Source: an uncultured Acidobacteriaceae bacterium (GTDB taxonomy: Bacteria > Acidobacteriota > Terriglobia > Terriglobales > Acidobacteriaceae). From it: a stretch of 64,000 nucleotides of DNA. Below, one piece after another: positions 42,528 to 53,203 of the stretch; the stretch's first letter is position 1; every line of letters starts with the position of its first letter. The notes beneath the pieces are model-generated. The model had not been told where the DNA came from and did no database searches. It saw only the letters and a program-made list of their open reading frames with translations. The DNA lies in the NCBI GenBank assembly GCA_963836635.1, contig CAWILB010000074.1, positions 9,677 through 73,676 on the forward strand, written 5' to 3'. The translations under genes and the position numbers were made by a program.

Positions 42528-43925
42528 TCATCGACTTTGTGGCGGGCCGAACCGCTTCGCGACAAGCTGCAGCGCTTCTTCTTCCGTCGAGACCAAGCCC
42601 TCGAGCTGGGCGTCCTCGGCGGCGCGTAGCATCTCCCGAAAACCCCCGCCTGGCGCATACCCGGCGGCAATCAGCTCATGGCCGGTGAGGAGCGGCTTGG
42701 GTCGCACTGTCTCCTCAGGCATTGCCTGCCAGCGATCAAGGACGAAATTGTAGTGGTCCAGGTTGCGGCTGGCGGCCATGCAATCCATGCGGTGCAAGGC
42801 CAGGTGCTCTTCAAAGCGGTCGAGTCTGAAGAAGCGCTTGAGTGTCGAGGCCTTCATACGATCGGCATCGGCAAAGCGCATGTGGTTCTCAATCAGCGCC
42901 AGGATCTGGTGCGTCTCATCGTTCGAAAAGCGGAAGCGCCGGCAGATCTCAGCGCCCATCGCGACGCCCACCTCAACATGGCCGTCGAAACGAATTCGGT
43001 CGGGCGCGATGCGAAAAGTCGGCGGCTTGCCTGCGTCGTGAAGCAGCGCGCCCCAGGCCAACGTCATACTGCAGCCGGACTCGAGTTGCTCCAGCAGCAT
43101 CAGCGTGTGAATCCACACGTCGCCCTCGGGGTGGTACTGCGGCGGCTGTGCAACGCCCTTCATGCGCGCGATCTCAGGCAGCACCTCGTTGAGGAGCGAA
43201 GTTTCATCCAGCAACTCGAATGCGCGGCCGGCGCAGCCCTCGGTGAGCATTTTCGTTAACTCGTCGCGCACGCGCTCATGGCTCACGGCGTTAATGCGCG
43301 GGGCAAGCGATCGAATGGCGCGCAGAGTCTCGGCCTCGATTTCGAAACCGAAGCGCGCCGCAAACCGCACCGCGCGCAGCATGCGCAGGTGGTCCTCTTC
43401 AAAGCGTTGCTCGGGGCGGCCGATGGCGCGAACGATGCCGGACTCGAGATCGGCGACCCCGCCTACGTAATCGAGGAGGCCTGCGGGTCTGGTCCTTCCC
43501 TCGCCGATACCCTCGTCCAGGATGCCGCCTCCCCGCAGGGGGTCCAACAACAGCCCATTGATAGTGAAGTCGCGTCGCTTAACGTCCTCTTCGGGCTCGT
43601 TTGTATAGCGCACCGCATCGGGATGCCGGCCGTCGGAGTAAGCGCCATCGGAACGGAATGTTGCGACTTCGGTGACGAACTTCGCGTCTTCCGCCTCGGG
43701 CGCAACCAGCACCACGCCAAAGTGCGCGCCCACCGCAAAGGTGCGCGGAAACATATCGAGCACGATGTCGGGTGTCGCGCTGGTTGCCACGTCGTAGTCG
43801 CCGGGCTCGCGGCCCAGCAGCAGGTCGCGCACGCATCCCCCGGCCAGATATCCCTCGCGCCCCGCGGCGCGCAGCGCGCGAATCACCCGGAGCGCGGCTT
43901 CAGATTGTGGAGTTGCAGGCAGCAT
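42528..43925 (-). CDS. cca: CCA tRNA nucleotidyltransferase / poly(A) polymerase family with HD domain
   Basis: AGGCVRDLL, DYDVAT, RRDFTING, EDHLRMLRAVRF, HPEGDVW, LLHDAGK. Confidence 0.85.
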   Translation of the reverse strand: MLPATPQSEAALRVIRALRAAGREGYLAGGCVRDLLLGREPGDYDVATSATPDIVLDMFPRTFAVGAHFGVVLVAPEAEDAKFVTEVATFRSDGAYSDGRHPDAVRYTNEPEEDVKRRDFTINGLLLDPLRGGGILDEGIGEGRTRPAGLLDYVGGVADLESGIVRAIGRPEQRFEEDHLRMLRAVRFAARFGFEIEAETLRAIRSLAPRINAVSHERVRDELTKMLTEGCAGRAFELLDETSLLNEVLPEIARMKGVAQPPQYHPEGDVWIHTLMLLEQLESGCSMTLAWGALLHDAGKPPTFRIAPDRIRFDGHVEVGVAMGAEICRRFRFSNDETHQILALIENHMRFADADRMKASTLKRFFRLDRFEEHLALHRMDCMAASRNLDHYNFVLDRWQAMPEETVRPKPLLTGHELIAAGYAPGGGFREMLRAAEDAQLEGLVSTEEEALQLVAKRFGPPQSR

Positions 43926-43972
43926 GGTTCAGAACCATTGTCCTCTTTCTTGCGGGGAGCAACCGGCAGCCG

Positions 43973-44998
43973 CTATGCGCCCTTCACCTGTCCGCGGCCG
44001 TTGCTCTTCACCAAGTACATGCGGGCGTCGGCGGCGCCAATCACGGCGTGCAGTGAGGTGCCGTCGTCGGGCGCGGTGGCCAGGCCAACGCTGGCACTCA
44101 CCTTGAGCTGCAGCCCACCCTTCATCCCAAAGCTGGTTCCCGTCAACTCGTGATGCAGTCTGCAGGCCTGCTCATGCGCCGCATGGATACCGGTCCCGGG
44201 CATCAGGATCACGAATTCATCTCCGCCGTAGCGGAAGCACACGTCGTTCTCGCGGCTCAACTCCTGCAGCCGCTGGGCGGTGCGCGCCAGCAACTCGCTG
44301 CCCACCAGGTGGCCGTGCGCGTCGTTCACCAGTTTGAAGCGGTCGAGATCGAGAAAAGCCAGGCTAACCGGGACATTCTTCCGCACCGCTCGCTCCAGTT
44401 CCTTCTCGAGAACCTTGTAGAGATGGCGCACGTTAAAGACGCCCGTGGTGTCGTCGGTGATGGTGAGCTGCTGGATCTTTGACACGTCGCGCGCATTCTC
44501 AATAGCGATCGCTGCGTGATCGGCCAGGATATGCAGAAACGCGATCGTGTAATCGGTCATCTGCTCGGCGCGCGGGTTGAAGATTTCGATTGCGCCCTGC
44601 GTGCCTGTGCGTCCGCGCAGCGGCAGCGCAATTACTGAGCGCACCTTGGGCGGTTTGGCGGCGTTTCCGCCACGCACGCGCGGGTCGTCGGCAGCCTCAG
44701 GAACAATGAGCGTTTCGCCGTGCTCCAGCACCCAGCCCGCAACACCCTCCCCCCTTTTCACCCGCAGATCGCGAAGCTGCGCCTGCTCGCCACCCGAAGC
44801 TAGAGCGTAGTAGAGCTCCTGACGCGACTCGTCCAGCATCAGCAGCGTCCAAAGTTCGGCCTCGATGGTCCGCTCCATGTATTCGAGGATTGTGCGCAGA
44901 ATGGTGTCGAGGTCGAGGCTCGAAGTGAGCGACCGCGCCAACCGGTGAAACACAAGCAGATCGTCGAGCGGGATTCGTCCCGTCGTATCGTTGGCCAT
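43973..44998 (-). CDS. GAF-sensor diguanylate cyclase
   Basis: GAF domain, DLDRFKLVND, RYGGDEF. Confidence 0.9.
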   Translation of the reverse strand: MANDTTGRIPLDDLLVFHRLARSLTSSLDLDTILRTILEYMERTIEAELWTLLMLDESRQELYYALASGGEQAQLRDLRVKRGEGVAGWVLEHGETLIVPEAADDPRVRGGNAAKPPKVRSVIALPLRGRTGTQGAIEIFNPRAEQMTDYTIAFLHILADHAAIAIENARDVSKIQQLTITDDTTGVFNVRHLYKVLEKELERAVRKNVPVSLAFLDLDRFKLVNDAHGHLVGSELLARTAQRLQELSRENDVCFRYGGDEFVILMPGTGIHAAHEQACRLHHELTGTSFGMKGGLQLKVSASVGLATAPDDGTSLHAVIGAADARMYLVKSNGRGQVKGA

Positions 44999-45144
44999 AA
45001 AGGCGCCTTTTTCGGGGAAAAGTGTTACGTAAGTATTCTTTCACAATCGCCGCTGCGAGCACGTCAATTGCGAGACCGCTAACGGAAAAGAGAACTCTCG
45101 GTTACCGCAGAATCGGGCTTGGTTGACGTCCGGGCCGCGGCCCG

Positions 45145-46203
45145 TCACCCGCCAATGTGAACCATCGAACGTGTCGGCTTCAAGAATCCAGGCTCGCCGA
45201 TGTGGTGTCGCGCCTCCTTGCCCTGGATGGTGTGGTGAATGTACTCGCGGAGCTCGTCGCGGCTTGCGCCGGCGCGGAAACGGCCGTACAGGTCATGTTC
45301 CACTTGCGAAAACAGGCAGGTGCGGACTTTGCCGTCGGAGGTGAGGCGCACGCGGCTGCACGCGCCGCAAAACGGCTGGCTGACCGGGGCAATAATGCCG
45401 ATCTCGCCCACGCCATCGGCAAAGGTGTAGCGCCGAGCGGTCTCGCTGGACTCGCGGGGGGCAAGGTCGACGAGAGGCATTACGCGGCCGATGCGGTCGA
45501 CAATTTCGCGCAGAGTGACGACAATCTCGGGCGACCACAGGCGGCCCTCTTCAAGCGGCATGAACTCTATGAAGCGGACGGCCACATTCTCTTCGCGCGC
45601 AAAGCGGGCGAAGCCCTCGATCTGGTCGTCGTTAAAGCCGCGCATAAGAACGCAGTTGACCTTAAGCGGGGTGAGGCCCGCCACGCGAGCCGCGCGAACG
45701 CCGCGCAGAACCTGCGCATAGCTGCCGGGCACTCGCGTAATGCGCTCAAAAACCGCCGCGTCAACGGCGTCCATGCTTACAGTGATGCGGTTCAAGCCCG
45801 CGGCTTTGAGCGGCGCGGCAAGATCGTCAAGAAGATGGCCGTTGGTGGTAAGCGCCAGGTCGAGAGGCGTGCCTTCAACGGTGCGCAGCTGTGAAAGTTC
45901 GCGGATCAGATCGAGAAGCCCGCGGCGGAGCAGCGGCTCGCCGCCCGTCAGACGCACCTTGGTGATGCCGAGCTCGACAAATAGGCCAATCAGGCGGAGG
46001 TACTCGTCGATGCCAAGCTCAGGATATTGGGCTCCCGCCTCCCCGGTTCGGCAGTAAACACACTTGTAATTGCAGCGGTCGGTGATGGAGACGCGCAGGT
46101 CGTGAATAACGCGCCCATGGCTGTCGCGCAGGCGCACGCCGCGTCCGGCAGCCGGGGCTGGAGAATTCGAAGCCGGGAATGAGACTTGCGGGGAAGCAGC
46201 CAC
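45145..46203 (-). CDS. moaA: GTP 3',8-cyclase MoaA
   Basis: LRVSITDRCNYKCVYC, TGGEPLLR, FCGACSRVR...CLF, and C-terminal MVHIGG. Confidence 0.95.
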   Translation of the reverse strand: MAASPQVSFPASNSPAPAAGRGVRLRDSHGRVIHDLRVSITDRCNYKCVYCRTGEAGAQYPELGIDEYLRLIGLFVELGITKVRLTGGEPLLRRGLLDLIRELSQLRTVEGTPLDLALTTNGHLLDDLAAPLKAAGLNRITVSMDAVDAAVFERITRVPGSYAQVLRGVRAARVAGLTPLKVNCVLMRGFNDDQIEGFARFAREENVAVRFIEFMPLEEGRLWSPEIVVTLREIVDRIGRVMPLVDLAPRESSETARRYTFADGVGEIGIIAPVSQPFCGACSRVRLTSDGKVRTCLFSQVEHDLYGRFRAGASRDELREYIHHTIQGKEARHHIGEPGFLKPTRSMVHIGG

Positions 46204-46269
46204 GATTTAAGGCTATACCCTTTGACGCGGGAATGCAGCTTTCCGGAAAGCAATCACAAAGTCTTGTAT

Positions 46270-46333
46270 CAGGGCACGAGTTTACTCGTGCCGAAAAGCC
46301 CGCCAAATGATTCCGGGGCTTCAGCCCCTGAGG
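46270..46333 (+). repeat. Double-hairpin REP-like unit (copy C)
   Basis: ggcacgagtttactcgtgcc ... ggggcttcagcccc. Confidence 0.75.
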
Positions 46334-46381
46334 AGTCGGATGAGGAAATTCGCTTCCCTAGTGGTTCTCTTCCGCAACCTG

Positions 46382-46660
46382 CTAGTCGATGCGCGGTGTA
46401 CCTTTGCGCATAGCCAGGCCGGAAATTCCAAAAATGCAAACCAACAGGACGGCGAGGCCGAAGTAGTAGGCCATGGGATGCGCCCAGCCGGGCGAATAGC
46501 TCAGGTCCTGTCCCACCCACAGCAACAGGATGGTGGCGATCACCGTAAACTGCCCGGCGATGACCAGAAACGTATGGCCCAGGTCGCGGCGCTTGTCGAG
46601 AGCCTCAACCTGGTCGGGCGTTAGGTTGCGCTCTTCGGGGGGAAGCATTGTGTTTGCCAT
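46382..46660 (-). CDS. Small 2-TM hypothetical protein
   Basis: RBS aggag, 92 aa, two hydrophobic helices. Confidence 0.65.
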   Translation of the reverse strand: MANTMLPPEERNLTPDQVEALDKRRDLGHTFLVIAGQFTVIATILLLWVGQDLSYSPGWAHPMAYYFGLAVLLVCIFGISGLAMRKGTPRID

Positions 46661-46786
46661 GCGGTGCTCCTGAATGGGGAATTACGGGCTTGCTCGTGAC
46701 CTGCGGGCCGCGGCCGCTCACTCTTTAAATTCAAACACATCTCGCGGGTTGCGCGCCACCCCAAAGGCTATCATCTTCCGTGATAC

Positions 46787-47140
46787 TCATTCAGCGACTG
46801 AGGGGTCTCGAATTAGCTGTGGCCCATTCACTTTCCTAATGTTTTTTCTCCACACGACGAGCGCGTAAATCAAAGCGCCCCAGGGCAATCCGAGGAGGAG
46901 AACTAGAAACCATGCAATTCTGGCAAGAATTGATGAGCGCTCCACGGCGATCCAGTAAACCCACATTGTCATGTACAAACAAAATGCTCCGAGCGCGGCA
47001 TAGGCGCCGCACAGATCCAGGAAAGATGTGGTCCATCCCGGCATCGACTTGATTGGCTGGAAATGCGTGACTCCAGAGACGCTCCAGTCGACCAACAAAA
47101 TGATCGTTATCCCTCCGAATGCAATCGACCCAGGAAGCAA
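46787..47140 (-). CDS. Hypothetical membrane protein (start uncertain)
   Basis: Three hydrophobic segments; WFLVLLLGLPWGALIY motif. Confidence 0.45.
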   Translation of the reverse strand: MLPGSIAFGGITIILLVDWSVSGVTHFQPIKSMPGWTTSFLDLCGAYAALGAFCLYMTMWVYWIAVERSSILARIAWFLVLLLGLPWGALIYALVVWRKNIRKVNGPQLIRDPSVAE

Positions 47141-47733
47141 TCGCCAGAAATATAAAACCTGGCAGCGAGTACTTTCTCCTTAAGTACGTAGTGGCTCATT
47201 GGCCCTTCTCACTTTTGGATCTGTTCTTTCACAGCTTGGCCGAATCTCTCCGCTTTATCAACACAATTACCTGCTTCCACGTTAGCGGGCTGCTTTTTCT
47301 GTCTGGAGATCCGAGCGCTCAATTCCATCTCGAATACGCATACAGCTTCACCCGGTAGACGTGAAAGTTCCTCACAAACCAGTCTGTCGGCGCGGTTTTG
47401 AACCGCATTTTCATTGCCCGCCGATTGCATTAGAAGACGCCCTGCCGCTGGGCTCCAATTTATTGCCGGCTGCCAATGTCTTCCGCTCGTTCCTTGAAGA
47501 GCAGAAAGCTGAGAGCCGATGAGCGAAATCAAAGAACATACCCCTCCCCAACCCCTCCCCCAAGCCGCTGGGTAACTGGGAAACTGTGAAGAGAAACTCT
47601 CAAAACAAACAGCTTGGCGAGGTCAAATAAAGAGGGCCGTGGTGATACATATCACGCGACCAGCGCCCAAACGCCGACTTTTGCGCCAAAATGCGCTGAA
47701 TTCGCGCCAAATTTTCTGTCAACAATCTTCGCT

Positions 47734-49211
47734 TTATCCCCGCAAACTGCGCAGCGCCGGATAAACCCTGCGCCATTTGGCGTAGCCGATCTTGTATGCA
47801 GCCACATCGGCGGGGTCGGCGGTGATGCGCTCGGCAACCTCGATGGCCTGTCCGCAGGCTTCGTCGAGGTTCTTCCAGTGGTTTGCGCCCACCCCAGCCA
47901 TGAGAGCGCAACCGAATGCGCCGCCCTCTTCGGCAGTGAGTATCTCAACCGTGTGGCCGTAGATGCCGGCCTGAATCTTGCGCCACAACCCTCCGCGCGC
48001 CCCGCCGCCGCCGAGCCGAATCGCGGTCACTGGAATGCCCAGATCGGCGAAGAGCGTGAAGGTGTCCTGCAGGAATAGGCCACGCCCTCCTGCACCGCGC
48101 GGACAAAATGCGCCGCCGTGTGCTCTACGCCAATGCCGACGAACCCGGCTCGAACTTCGGGATCGAGATGAGGTGTGCGCTCGCCCATCAAATAAGGAGC
48201 CCATTCAAGGCCCTGGCTGCCGGCGGGAATTTTCTCGGCGTCCTGGTTGAGCGCATCGTAACTCCGTCCAGGAAAGAAAGTCCCGCGCAGCCAATTCAGA
48301 CTGAGGCCTGCCGACTGCGTTACACCCATCACGTGCCAACAGCCCGGCACGGCGTGGCAAAAGGTGTGAATGCGCCCCTTCGGATCCTTGGTGGGTTCGG
48401 CGGTCGCGGCAAACACCACGCCGGATGTGCCGATGGTGGCGGAGACGCTGCCCGGCTGCAGAATGCCCATGCCCACAGCGCCCGCGCCCTGGTCGCCCGC
48501 GCCTGCGGCTACCGGAGTTCCAGCAGCGAGGCCGGTGAGTGATGCTCCGTGCTCGCTGATGCGCGCGCAAATTTCCGGCGACTCGTAGACCTTGGGCAGC
48601 CAACTCATCGGGATTCCAGCGGCCTCGGCCACTTCCTGCGACCAGCGGCGATGCGTCGACGTCGAGCAGCAGCGTGCCTGATGCTTCCTGCACGTCGATG
48701 GCGAATTCGCCGGTGAGCCGATAGCGGACGTAATCCTTGGGGCACATCACGTGGCGAATCTTGGCGAAGATTTCAGGCTGATGCGTTTTGACCCAGAGCA
48801 GCTTGGTGAGCGTGAAGTTGGGCAGCGCTGGGTTGCAGGTGAGCTCGATAAGTTTTTCGTAGCCGATCTTTTCGGTGAGCCAATCGCACTCCGGCTGGGT
48901 ACGGGTATCGCACCAGATAAGCGCAGGGCGAAGGACCGCTCCGTTTTCATCGAGCATCACGGCGCCGTGCATCTGGCCGGTAAGGCGAGGGCAGCGATAG
49001 GCTGGCGCGGTTCGGGTGCGGCGGCGATGGCATAACGGATGGCTTCCTGTGCCGCGCGCCACCAGTCTTCGGGATCCTGTTCGGCCCAGCCGGGATGCTC
49101 AGCGCGGAAGGGCGCATGCTCGGCCGCAGCGCCGGCGATAAGCTTGCCGTCCGAATCAACAATCACCGCGCGCGTGCCGCCCGTGCCCACATCCATGCCC
49201 AGGAACCACAT
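47734..49211 (-). CDS. xylB: Xylulokinase (FGGY family; frameshifts)
   Basis: LGMDVGTGG, WAEQDPEDWW, GQMHG, GAGDQ, IGTSG, PYLMGERTPH, GGGARG. Confidence 0.88.
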
Positions 49212-49313
49212 AGTCTCTTACTCCGATCAGGATATAAATCGCTTCCCCATAAATCGCTTTTCCGGGGCGTTCGCAGCATAGCAGGTGGGGTGGGAGGGGA
49301 TAAAGGCGAGAAG

Positions 49314-49392
49314 GTAGCGCCGCGCTCCAGCGCGGTTGTCGTACGGGCGTCTACGCCCGTATTCCGCCTTTAAACCACGAGCCCGGCGCTAC
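49314..49392 (+). repeat. GTAG-type REP copy plus partial inverted copy
   Basis: gtagcgccgcgctccagcgcggttgtcgtacgggcgtctacgcccgta, followed by gagcccggcgctac. Confidence 0.85.
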
Positions 49393-50598
49393 TCCGCTGG
49401 CGGTGTTGCGGGACTCGCGCCTCCGCCAACATCAAACAGCCGCGGCACCCGATCGGCCACCGAAGGCAGCGCCGGGAACGCCGCGTGGGGCTCGGTCTGA
49501 TACCAGTACGCCACCGAATAAAAATTGTCGGACCGATGATTGGCGTGGCCGTGCTCAATGGTCACGCGAATGGACTGCTCGAAGGCAATGGGACTCTCCA
49601 GATGCCAGCGGTAGAGCGAATAGCGGCTGCCGATACGCTCGCCGCCAGTGATAAGAGGCGCGCCATTATGCGGGTAGGCGAATTGCTGGCCGTAAAAGTC
49701 CCATGCGCCGTTGTAGTAGTCCTCGGTGCCGGTGCCGTTGATGGTGGGCAGTCTTGTCGCCGTCAATAAAGATCATGTCGTCGCCTTCGCCGAACCACTC
49801 ATTCTGGTTCTGCAGCACCGATTGCGTAACGCCAACAAAGTGGCCACGGCCGGTGGCCTCAAGGAAGACGTAATTATCGGCGCCGTCCAGGTTCTTCTTG
49901 TCGCCCACCGGATCATCCCAGTTGTTGGTCCAGTTGTTGGTCCAGCCGTGGCAGGGCGCGGCCTGGCGGAACTGCGCGTGGAAGCGGCCCAGGCCTTCAG
50001 GCAGCGAGGCGAGCGTGACATAGTCGACAGCGAAGTAAAGATTGTCAGTGCGTTTGGGGCCCTCGTTGGTGACTGTGATTTTTGCGGCGGTGGCGAAGGG
50101 CATTTCGAAATAGGAGTTGAGGGCTTTGGCGGGCGCGACCGTAAGGAGCGCGGATTGGTAGGTGAAGTATTCGCCGAGGCCGAGGCCGTAGAAGTCGCCG
50201 ATGGGGACTTCAATCGAGGGCGACGATTCGCCGTCCCACCAGGCGCGCAGGACAAGATTCTTGAGGTGCATGGGATCGGGCGAGTTGATGGTGAACCAGA
50301 TGTGCGTGACTGCGCCCGCGCCGGTAACGTCAAGCAGCGTAGCTGTTGCGCCCGGCTCAACGGGAACGGAGTCGCCGTTGCCGCCGGTGCGGTCCCAGCT
50401 TGAGGAACGGCCGCTCTTGTAACTGCGCAGGCGGGCGAGGGTAAAGAGATTGTCGGGAGCAGAGTCGTCTGGCGGGGCGGCCGCTGCAATGGTCGAAGAG
50501 GGCGAGGCGAGAAGTGCAGCGGCCGGGACTGCGCCGGCAAGTGTTCCAAGCAGATTGCGGCGAGTGCGAAGACCGTCGTTCGGGCGGGACAAGTTCAT
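49389..50598 (-). CDS. Tat-exported DUF2961 / GH172-like glycoside hydrolase (frameshift near 49755)
   Basis: TRRNLL Tat motif, SSWDRTGGNGD, HIWFT, WFGEGD, GTGTEDY, YRWH, EHGHAN, YWYQ. Confidence 0.85.
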
Positions 50599-50802
50599 TT
50601 GGGCGTCCTCTCCTGGGCTGAAATCGTGACAGCGTATTTTAATCCGGCGAGGCAACGCGAGGCTCAGCACTTTCCGCTATCGAAAGATTCCGATCGTTGA
50701 ATCGCCGGGTTTTTCGCCTCCGCCCCCGGCCTGTTATGGTCAGTGAGGAACTCTTTGCCGACAAGCAACTTTAAGATGAATCCTCCATAGGAATCCGCAC
50801 CG

Positions 50803-52053
50803 ATGTGGAAGCGCTGGCGAATCCGGATACTGCTGTTTATGGCCGTTCTCGGCCCCGGATTTATTACTGCCAACGTCGATAACGACTCGGGCGGAATCTT
50901 CACCTACTCGCAGGCCGGCGCGCAATACGGATACACGCTGCTGTGGACCATGATTCCCATCACGATCGCGCTGATCGTGGTGCAGGAGATGTGTTCGCGC
51001 ATGGGCGTGGTCACCGGCAAGGGCCTCAGCGACATGATCCGCGAAGAGTTTGGCCTGCGCCTCACTTTCATCCTGATGGTGGCTTTGGTAGTGGTTAACT
51101 ACACCAACGTGGTGACGGAGTTCATCGGCATTGCAGGTTCGCTGCACCTGTTTCATGTTTCGAAATTCATCAGCGTACCCATTTGCGCGTTCCTGGTATG
51201 GGCGCTGGTGCTGAAGGGCGACTACAAAAGCACCGAGAAGATTTTCTTGGTTGCCTCCTTGGTCTACGCTGCGTACATTTTTGCCGGCGTGCTGGCGCAC
51301 CCTGACTGGCATGAGGCACTATTGGCGACGGTCAAATTGCCGGCCAAATCGGTCTGGCGCGACAAAAATTATCTCTATATGGCTATGGGAGTGGTGGGCA
51401 CCACGATTGCGCCGTGGATGCAGTTCTACCTGCAATCGTCGATTGTGGAGAAGGGAATCTCGGTAAAGGACTATGCGGCGTCGCGACTCGACGTGATTGT
51501 GGGCTGCTTTTTTACCGATCTGGTGGCGTGGTTCATCGTGGTGGCTTGCGCGGCCACGCTCTTTGTGCATGGAATGGGCGCGATCCAATTGGCGGCGGAT
51601 GCGGCTGAGGCGATGCGGCCCCTGGCCGGCGACTATGCGTTCCTGCTCTTCTCATTCGGGCTGTTCAATGCGTCGTTGTTTGCGGCTTCAATTTTGCCGC
51701 TTTCCACGGCCTACACGGTATGCGAGGGCCTGGGCGTCGAGGCTGGCGTAGATAAGAGTTTTAAGGAGGCACCGTTCTTTTACTGGCTATATACGTTGCT
51801 CATCGCGGGCGGCGCCGTCACTGTGCTGCTGATGCCCGATGCGCAGCTGATTAAATTTGCCATTTACTCGCAAGTGCTGAACGGTGTCCTTCTGCCCGTG
51901 GTAATCATTCTGATGCTGATGTTGATCAACCGCAAAGACCTGATGGGCGAGCATTGCAACTCGCGACTATGGAACGTGATTGCGTGGGCGACAAGCGTAA
52001 TCGTGATCGTGATGACCGGAGTGATGCTGTGGGGGATGATGCCGGGACATTAA
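50803..52053 (+). CDS. Nramp-family divalent metal transporter
   Basis: GPGFITANVDND, YSQAGAQYGY, QEMCSRMG, GTTIAPWMQF, and about 11 TMs. Confidence 0.88.
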   Translation: MWKRWRIRILLFMAVLGPGFITANVDNDSGGIFTYSQAGAQYGYTLLWTMIPITIALIVVQEMCSRMGVVTGKGLSDMIREEFGLRLTFILMVALVVVNYTNVVTEFIGIAGSLHLFHVSKFISVPICAFLVWALVLKGDYKSTEKIFLVASLVYAAYIFAGVLAHPDWHEALLATVKLPAKSVWRDKNYLYMAMGVVGTTIAPWMQFYLQSSIVEKGISVKDYAASRLDVIVGCFFTDLVAWFIVVACAATLFVHGMGAIQLAADAAEAMRPLAGDYAFLLFSFGLFNASLFAASILPLSTAYTVCEGLGVEAGVDKSFKEAPFFYWLYTLLIAGGAVTVLLMPDAQLIKFAIYSQVLNGVLLPVVIILMLMLINRKDLMGEHCNSRLWNVIAWATSVIVIVMTGVMLWGMMPGH

Positions 52054-52153
52054 AGGCAGCTTTCAGCTCTTAGCTTTCAGCTTTTAGCTCGTTTGTGCGC
52101 GGCGCGGACTCTGCGGCGTCCAATCCTGCATAAGAGCCGACCACCGCGTTTTG

Positions 52154-52220
52154 AAAGGGCACGACTTTAGTCGTGCCGTAATGGCCCAAAATTGAATGCG
52201 GCTTTAGCCGCCGAGGGATG
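52154..52220 (+). repeat. Double-hairpin REP-like unit (copy D)
   Basis: ggcacgactttagtcgtgcc ... gcggctttagccgc. Confidence 0.75.
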
Positions 52221-52280
52221 TCTTTTCGATCGCAAAGTTGTAAAAAATAGCAAGGGACGCCACATTAGTTTGAGGGCCAT

Positions 52281-52499
52281 ATGAACGAGATGGAGCTTTT
52301 TTCGGTGGTAGCCCTGTTGAACGATATACCCGAGAAGGGACTTGTTCGCGGCCAGGTTGGAACCGTCGTTGAAGTATACGCCCCTTCCGCCGCCGAGGTT
52401 GAGTTCGTTGACGATCAGGGGTTCACCTATGCCCTGACCACGTTGCGAGCAGAACAGGTGATTCGCCTCCACCACCGGCCATATGAACGGGTTGCCTAA
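52281..52499 (+). CDS. DUF4926-like small protein
   Basis: VVALLNDIPEKGLVRGQVGTVVEVY...EVEFVDDQGFTYA. Confidence 0.75.
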   Translation: MNEMELFSVVALLNDIPEKGLVRGQVGTVVEVYAPSAAEVEFVDDQGFTYALTTLRAEQVIRLHHRPYERVA

Positions 52500-52506
52500 G
52501 TGCCGC

Positions 52507-52968
52507 CTATCTCTCGTTGGTATCCAGATCCGGCAAGCTCATGAACCACTCGTAGAAAGCGTCGTCGAAGTCGTGATACTCGGCAAATTTTATGGTGGGC
52601 AGCGACGCGCGTTTAGGCACGATGACGAAGAAACGCACATTTTCGCCGTCCCCGCGGGCGGCGATCTGGCGACGGCCGCGAATTTGGTCGAGGGGAATGC
52701 TGGCGATCGTCAGCAAGTATCGCTTTTCAACGGCATCGGTAGTGAACCGCACAGCCGACGTGAAGGCGTGGAGCGTGAAAACGACGGTGCAAAGCAGAAC
52801 GAGCCAGGTAATCAGCAAGGTTTCGGTTGTTGGCCGGTCGATACCGAGCTCGACACGGCCCCATATGCCGACGGTAAAGATGATGCCGGTGGCGAGCAGC
52901 GCCAGCGCTGCGGTGCGAAGGTTGCTTTTGACGCGGTAGATGGCAAGAAACGGGGCGGAGTTGTTCAT
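52507..52968 (-). CDS. Hypothetical 2-TM membrane protein
   Basis: Two TMs followed by a PH-like beta region. Confidence 0.5.
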   Translation of the reverse strand: MNNSAPFLAIYRVKSNLRTAALALLATGIIFTVGIWGRVELGIDRPTTETLLITWLVLLCTVVFTLHAFTSAVRFTTDAVEKRYLLTIASIPLDQIRGRRQIAARGDGENVRFFVIVPKRASLPTIKFAEYHDFDDAFYEWFMSLPDLDTNER

Positions 52969-53103
52969 TTCAACCTGTCCAAGGTAAAGGTCTTGCCGCA
53001 AAGGCGCGAAGGCACGCAGGCGAACCTCGGCGAAAGCCAATCTCTCTCATTAACCCGGAACCGGTCAAAGAGTAGCGCGAGTCCGTTAGTAGCGCCGGAA
53101 CAA

Positions 53104-53152
53104 GTAGCGCCGGGCTCCAGCCCGGTTGTCGTACGGGCGTCCACGCCCGTAC
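53104..53152 (+). repeat. GTAG-type REP (left flank of the RAYT)
   Basis: gtagcgccgggctccagcccggttgtcgtacgggcgtccacgcccgtac, the exact reverse complement of 53856-53904. Confidence 0.92.
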
Positions 53153-53203
53153 CAGGTATTTCGCATCACAGCGCATTCTTGAAGCCGGGCATAAAAAGTC
53201 ATT

